Positions 59,410-64,000 of a stretch of 64,000 nt of DNA are shown here, piece after piece (positions within the stretch are counted from its first letter, which is position 1; every line of letters starts with the position of its first letter). The notes beneath the pieces were generated by a model that was not told the DNA's origin, ran no database searches, and was given only the letters and a program-made list of their open reading frames with translations. The stretch comes from Minisyncoccota bacterium (GTDB lineage Bacteria; Patescibacteriota; Minisyncoccia; Phycocordibacterales; JACRKE01): the NCBI GenBank assembly GCA_041660505.1, contig JBAZWG010000001.1:375183-439182 (forward strand), given 5' to 3'. The position numbers were made by a program, and so were the translations under genes.

Positions 59410-60048
59410 ATGAATAGTCCACAGCTTGTGCGAAAATTAATTGACTCTAAATACAAAAGAGAGGATAATGTATACATGCCCACCACACAGACAACAACAC
59501 CCCAAGATAAGTTCCCCGGCCTGATAGCGAAATTCCTGACGCCACCAGCAGAAAGTATCGAGACGGAGAGCTTTTCATCGCTCGAAGAAAAAGCAAAAGA
59601 AAAACAAACTGCCATTAAAGCGCTTAATGAGGCGATTACGACAGGCGAGCGCGACCTGAACAACAAAAGAGATCAGTTAAAAATCGCGAATGGAGAGCTA
59701 CAGAAGATCAATGACCGGATCGCCAGCGCAGCCGAAAAAGAAATGAAGGATTTACGGGACAAGCTCCATGAGATGGAGAAACGATATCCAAATTTGAAGC
59801 CGGAAACAAACACGGTTGTTGCACCGAAGGCTCCGGAAATAAAAGTTACTCCGGAAGTTATCCCAGACAACTTAGCGCTTGAGCCCGTAGTAAAACTCGT
59901 GAAAGCACCGGAACAAAAAGATACTCCGATCGCAATCAAAGTTGAGAAAAAAGTTGCAGCTCAAGTTCGCGCACCCGCAGAAACTAGTGATCCAGTAAAA
60001 GAAAAGCTTGTTGAGCTGGGTGAAGAATACTTCAAAAATGTAAATTAA
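59410..60048 (+). CDS. Coiled-coil hypothetical protein
   Basis: 212 aa, Lys/Glu-rich coiled-coil composition. Confidence 0.45.
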   Translation: MNSPQLVRKLIDSKYKREDNVYMPTTQTTTPQDKFPGLIAKFLTPPAESIETESFSSLEEKAKEKQTAIKALNEAITTGERDLNNKRDQLKIANGELQKINDRIASAAEKEMKDLRDKLHEMEKRYPNLKPETNTVVAPKAPEIKVTPEVIPDNLALEPVVKLVKAPEQKDTPIAIKVEKKVAAQVRAPAETSDPVKEKLVELGEEYFKNVN

Positions 60049-60049
60049 T

Positions 60050-60316
60050 ATGAGCAAGTACGCATTCTTAGACACACCATTAGGGGGAACGACAGGGGCA
60101 CAAATCCCGCCGTTAAAGCTTTGGACCGTCGGCACAATCATCGAGAAATCCGAGAATAAGGCTTACCAGACGCCCAAGAATCCAGTCTACGCACTCGGCC
60201 TATATCTCAAGAAGCGCTTCGGCAACAAGCCGGAGGTTATGAGCTTAACACTTGCTGACTGTGCGAAAAAGTATCCGGCAACTCCCGCTGATTTTGCAGG
60301 AGACAGTGTGGAATAA
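60050..60316 (+). CDS. Small hypothetical protein
   Basis: 88 aa ORF immediately after the previous stop. Confidence 0.4.
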   Translation: MSKYAFLDTPLGGTTGAQIPPLKLWTVGTIIEKSENKAYQTPKNPVYALGLYLKKRFGNKPEVMSLTLADCAKKYPATPADFAGDSVE

Positions 60317-60337
60317 ACAGTATGTTATACTGGCTGG

Positions 60338-62449
60338 ATGCAGAATAATCATCAAGAGTTGAATCCGGCACAAGCCGAGGTGGCCTCATATCTACGAGGG
60401 CCGCTTTTGATTGTGGCCGGCGCTGGCGCAGGCAAGACCAAAACCATTGCGCATCGCATTCTGAACCTTATACAGTCCGGCATACCAGCACACCAAATAC
60501 TGGCAATAACTTTTACCAACAAAGCGGCGAAAGAAATGCGGGACCGCGTCCTGCATCTTATTCAATCCGAATCAGCCAAACTTTCAACTCCCTTCGTTTC
60601 CACCTTCCACTCCCTCGGCGTTTATATAATAAAAGAACAAGCATACCGTCTTGGCCTCACGCGCTACTTCACCATTTATGATCAAGACGATTCTCTATCC
60701 GCTATCAAGCGCGCGCTAAAAAGCGAGGGGCTTGACCCGAAACAGTATGAACCAAAGCGCCTGCAGAACGCCATCTCGCGAGAGAAAAACAATCTGGTTA
60801 CGCATGACTTATATTCAGAACAACATTTGGGTGAATATTGGGGCGATATCGTAGCCAAAGTCTGGAAAGCGTATGAAAAGATTTTAGAAAAAGATAAAGC
60901 CCTCGACTTCGATGACTTGATTGTGAAAACAGTCTGGCTCTTTGAGAAATTTCCTGAAGTGCAAAAATATTATGCCAACAAATGGCACTATATACATATA
61001 GACGAGTATCAGGATACGAACGTGGCGCAGTATGCGCTATCGCACTTGCTCGCAAAATCACATAGGAATATCTGCGTGGTCGGAGACACCGATCAAGCCA
61101 TCTACGGTTGGCGCGGAGCAGATTATCAGAATATTCTCAAATTCGAGAGTGAGTATCCTGACGCGAAGGTAGTCTTGCTCGAGCAGAACTATCGCTCGAC
61201 ACAGACGATACTAGAAGCGGCGAACAGCATAATAAGCAAGAATACTTTACGCAAAGAGAAGAATTTATTTACGGCGAACGCCAAGGGCGAGCAAGTTACA
61301 ATCTACCAAGCGGGGGATGGCCCTCGCGAGGCTCATTGGGTAGCCAAGAAATGCGAGGAATTAATTAGAGGCCGAGGTGAGTCCTCCGGTAAAAGCGGAG
61401 GTCTCTCCTCGGCCACAACGGGCATAAACCCCAATAATATAGCCATATTGTACCGAATGAACTTCTTGTCGCGCTTGTTTGAAGAAGCTTTCCTGACGCG
61501 CGGAGTGCCATATCATTTGCTCGGCACAGCCTTCTACTCGCGCAAAGAGGTTAAAGATACCCTAGCCTATATCCGCCTTGCGCTTAATTCTGAAGACACG
61601 GCAAGTTTATTGCGTATTATAAATGTGCCGGCACGCGGGATAGGCGATGTAACAGCAGAAAAAATCGTAGTGGGCAAAGAAGATGAGCTCCCGGCAAGCA
61701 TGCGCGACAAACTTTCTAGCTTCCGCAGTATTCTTGCAGATATTAAAGCAAAGTGCTTGAGCGAGACACCGTCTAACGCCGTGCGCTATGCGATAAAGAG
61801 AAGCGGGATAGAAGCGATGTATGCTGATGGTAAAGAGGAAAGCGAAGAGAGACTGGAAAACGTACGCGAGCTCGCAACCCTTGCTACGAGATATGACAAC
61901 CTCACCCCCGGCCCCTCTCCGAAGGAGAGGGGAGAACTAAATGACGCCCCCTCCCTTTCGGGGAGGGGGATGGGGGGCGAGGTGACCGCGGGCATCGAAA
62001 AGTTTCTAGAAGACACAGCGTTGCTCTCCGATCAAGATTCTTTGATGAATAAAAAAGAAGGCGTGCGGATGATGACCGTGCACGCGGCGAAAGGTTTGGA
62101 ATTCGATTATGTATTTATCGTTGGACTCGAAGGCGACATCTTCCCGCACAGGAGGATGAACGATGACGCGAGCATCGAACAGGAAGAAGAAGAGCGAAGA
62201 TTATTTTATGTCGCGCTCACGCGCGCGAGGAAGAAAGTTTTCTTAACGCACTGTCTCATTCGCACCATCTTCGGCTCGCAGAAAATTCAGTCACCATCGG
62301 AATTTATTGGCGATATTCCGGAAGATTTAGCAATTACCGAAGGGGCAGAAAACGGCTATGCAGAGCCATTTTCCCTGCCTCGCCGACAGGCAGGTAGCAA
62401 TAGCGACGGCGAAGTGGTGATAGAATGGGATATATTTAAACGAAGATAA
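60338..62449 (+). CDS. pcrA: ATP-dependent DNA helicase PcrA/UvrD family, with two in-frame palindromic-element inserts
   Basis: Motifs Q, I (AGAGAGKT), II (DEYQDTN), III, IV, V, VI (VHAAKGLEFD). Inserts encode RGRGESSGKSGGLSSA and NLTPGPSPKERGELNDAPSLSGRGMGGEVT. Confidence 0.9.
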   Translation: MQNNHQELNPAQAEVASYLRGPLLIVAGAGAGKTKTIAHRILNLIQSGIPAHQILAITFTNKAAKEMRDRVLHLIQSESAKLSTPFVSTFHSLGVYIIKEQAYRLGLTRYFTIYDQDDSLSAIKRALKSEGLDPKQYEPKRLQNAISREKNNLVTHDLYSEQHLGEYWGDIVAKVWKAYEKILEKDKALDFDDLIVKTVWLFEKFPEVQKYYANKWHYIHIDEYQDTNVAQYALSHLLAKSHRNICVVGDTDQAIYGWRGADYQNILKFESEYPDAKVVLLEQNYRSTQTILEAANSIISKNTLRKEKNLFTANAKGEQVTIYQAGDGPREAHWVAKKCEELIRGRGESSGKSGGLSSATTGINPNNIAILYRMNFLSRLFEEAFLTRGVPYHLLGTAFYSRKEVKDTLAYIRLALNSEDTASLLRIINVPARGIGDVTAEKIVVGKEDELPASMRDKLSSFRSILADIKAKCLSETPSNAVRYAIKRSGIEAMYADGKEESEERLENVRELATLATRYDNLTPGPSPKERGELNDAPSLSGRGMGGEVTAGIEKFLEDTALLSDQDSLMNKKEGVRMMTVHAAKGLEFDYVFIVGLEGDIFPHRRMNDDASIEQEEEERRLFYVALTRARKKVFLTHCLIRTIFGSQKIQSPSEFIGDIPEDLAITEGAENGYAEPFSLPRRQAGSNSDGEVVIEWDIFKRR
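61372..61412. repeat. Family-1 palindromic element in-frame inside pcrA
   Basis: ccgaggtgagtcctcc-ggtaaaagc-ggaggtctctcctcgg. Confidence 0.85.
61900..61987. repeat. Family-2 nested palindromic element in-frame inside pcrA
   Basis: cctcacccc…cccctctcc-gaag-gagagggg…ccccctccc-tttc-gggaggggg…gaggtgacc. Confidence 0.8.
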
Positions 62450-62450
62450 A

Positions 62451-63523
62451 TTATCTTTTAAAGTTCTCCCAAAACATCACTAGCAATTTTTCGCGTAATT
62501 CGTACGCGTCAGCATGAGAGAGAACACCGAGATACGAGTTAAGCGACCCAAACAGTGCTTTCTCTGATAATATCCCGTCCTTGTATTCGGCAATTCTTTC
62601 TTCTAGCTTCCGGAATATCCGTCGCCTCGTTTTCGTTCGTAAGGTAATATGGTGTGGTCGTACGACGTAGCCTAGAAAGTCGACGCCTTGATGAAATGTA
62701 CGAAACTTTATCTTTTGTGGGTGCATTTGCAACTTCAACTTTTTGTTCAGAAAAACTTGCATTTTGTCTAGCAAATCCGCAAGATACGACTTGTCTGTTG
62801 AAACAATAATAAAATCATCGGTATAGCGCATATAATTCCTTACTTTAAGCTCATGTTTCATGAATTGATCGAACTCGTTCATATAGATATTAGCGAAAAG
62901 CTGGCTGGTGAGATTACCGATCGGCGCGCCTTTTCTACTCTCTCTCTCTCTCTCTCTCGATTACTGCTGACAGTATAACTTTCGATAAGATCTTCGAGGA
63001 GCCAGACGGCTTTTTCATCTTTAATCTTTTTCTGCAAAAGTCCGACCAGTATATCGTGGTCGATCGAGTCGAAGAACTTCTTAATATCGCACTTGAGCAC
63101 CCAGCACTGATGCGCGTTGTTTCTGCTCTCCCGCCGTAGTATCGTAGTGAGTTTCCCCACGGCTTTATGTGTTCCTTTACCAACCCTGCAGGAATATGAA
63201 GCGGGAATGAATGTCGGCTCGAAGATACTATTAAGAACTTGATATACAGCATGATGAAGGACGCGATCTCGAACGGTCGCCTTGTTAATATTACGAAGCT
63301 TGGGGTCGCGTATCCAAAAACTTTCGTATCTATCGTGCCGATATGTCTGATCACGAAGTTCACGATGTAAGGCAAAAATGTTCTGCTCCAGATTCTGCTC
63401 ATATTCAGACACGCCTTTCTTGTGTTTCTTGTCTGCCTTAAACTTGTCCCATGCAATAAACAAATTCTCGGGACTAATTATTAACTCAAAAATGTTTCTG
63501 CAAACTTTCATAAAATCATGCAA
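62451..63523 (-). CDS. Diversity-generating-retroelement reverse transcriptase (Brt-like), reading frame interrupted at a (GA)10 tract
   Basis: N part (63523-62879): NLFIAWDKF, …IPASYSCRVGKGTHKAV, LKCDIKKFFDSIDHDIL. C part (to 62451): GAPIGNLTSQLFANIYMNEFDQF (DGR-specific SQ motif 4), YMRYTDDFII (YxDD), FLGYVV. The two parts are joined in frame only if the dinucleotide tract has 11 rather than 10 units. Confidence 0.8.
62939..62958. repeat. (TC)10 / (GA)10 dinucleotide microsatellite inside the RT gene
   Basis: ttttctac(tc)10gattac; encodes (RE)n in the RT frame and sits in the loop between RT motifs 3 and 4. Confidence 0.95.
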
Positions 63524-63868
63524 GACTTAGAATTACCGATCTTCAAAAAAACGTACGATTTGTACAAGACGTTTTGTGAATTTCGCTCGCTTGTATCCAA
63601 GCAGTACAAACATACGATCTGCGAGAAAGTGGAGAATTACATTCTCGAAATCCTTGAACTAATTCTGCAAACAAACAACGTAAACAGGATTGAAAAGCTG
63701 GCACTCCTCGAGACCATGAGCCTCAAACTTAACATGCTTCGCATATTTATCAGACTAATGAAAGATACCCGTGCGATAGATATGAAAAAATATGTAGTAC
63801 TGCAAGCTGACATAGACGAGATCGGCCGTATGCTTGGCGGGTGGATCAAGTCGACGCGGGAAAAGTAG
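63518..63868 (+). CDS. avd: Avd-like accessory variability determinant (four-helix-bundle protein)
   Basis: 116 aa; C-terminus DEIGRMLGGWIKSTREK closely parallels Bordetella phage Avd (…AEVGRILGSWIARVNRK). Overall four-helix-bundle-protein pattern. Confidence 0.75.
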   Translation: MQDLELPIFKKTYDLYKTFCEFRSLVSKQYKHTICEKVENYILEILELILQTNNVNRIEKLALLETMSLKLNMLRIFIRLMKDTRAIDMKKYVVLQADIDEIGRMLGGWIKSTREK

Positions 63869-63904
63869 GAACTCCCGCGCAATGCGGGAGTTCCTTGGAC
63901 AGAG

Positions 63905-64000
63905 CTATGACTTCCGGGACGACGAGACTGCGATGTTGTTGTTGCGGTACTCGTCGGTGTCGTTGTTGACGTTCAGACCGTTCTCGTCGAAGTTGCCGAC
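63905..64000 (-). CDS. C-terminal end of a gene running off the window; AAC-codon-rich segment = candidate DGR variable repeat (or template repeat)
   Basis: Reverse frame: VGNFDENGLNVNNDTDEYRNNNIAVSSSRKS*, 8 AAC codons in 31. Followed by GC-rich hairpin ggaactcccgc-attgc-gcgggagttcc at 63868-63900. Confidence 0.5.
   Translation of the reverse strand, partial: VGNFDENGLNVNNDTDEYRNNNIAVSSSRKS

Noticed and set aside
62939-62958. Short tandem repeat that could be mistaken for a CRISPR-like or minisatellite array
   Set aside because: It is a simple (TC)10 dinucleotide tract inside an ORF. No spacer/repeat structure or cas genes occur anywhere in the window

Overview
This 64 kb window looks like a compact bacterial chromosome segment with moderate GC. 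Gene content (many small hypotheticals, TrmB-like regulators, few metabolic genes) suggests a small-genome lineage such as CPR/Patescibacteria, but that is inference. The housekeeping backbone is clpP (3' end), rny, hup, alr, murA, rmuC, uvrC, uvrA, uvrB, an ABC exporter, a DedA protein, a CCA-adding enzyme, xerC/D, rpsO-pnp, comM and pcrA. There are seven tRNAs: Trp, Ala, Pro(GGG), Pro(CGG), Pro(TGG), Gly and Arg. On top of this sit several unusual layers.

(1) A diversity-generating retroelement (DGR) at the right edge. It has a Brt-like reverse transcriptase with the DGR-specific TSQ motif, a divergent Avd-like four-helix-bundle gene, and an AAC-codon-rich repeat on the C-terminus of a neighbouring gene. 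The RT reading frame is broken exactly inside a (GA)10 dinucleotide tract, and one extra unit would restore it. This is a candidate phase-variable DGR.

(2) Three families of short palindromic repeat elements, two of which sit in-frame inside essential genes (alr, uvrB, uvrC, yraN, pcrA, the CCA gene), analogous to Rickettsia palindromic elements.

(3) A CCA-adding enzyme gene with an N-terminal LAGLIDADG homing-endonuclease-like domain and five copies of the 12-bp palindrome TTTCACGTGAAA.

(4) Two diverged copies of a divergent module: a TrmB-family regulator beside a large (~560-580 aa) Cys-rich multi-zinc-ribbon protein. A third TrmB-like gene is also present.

(5) A visibly GC-rich island of about 4.6 kb (28.1-32.7 kb) holding small ORFs with perfect extended Shine-Dalgarno sites, long hairpins and an ORF-poor structured kilobase.

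(6) Three type II toxin-antitoxin pairs, a VirD4/TraD-like coupling ATPase, and NYN-domain nuclease genes placed next to rny and inside the rpsO-pnp operon.

No rRNA and no CRISPR array were seen.
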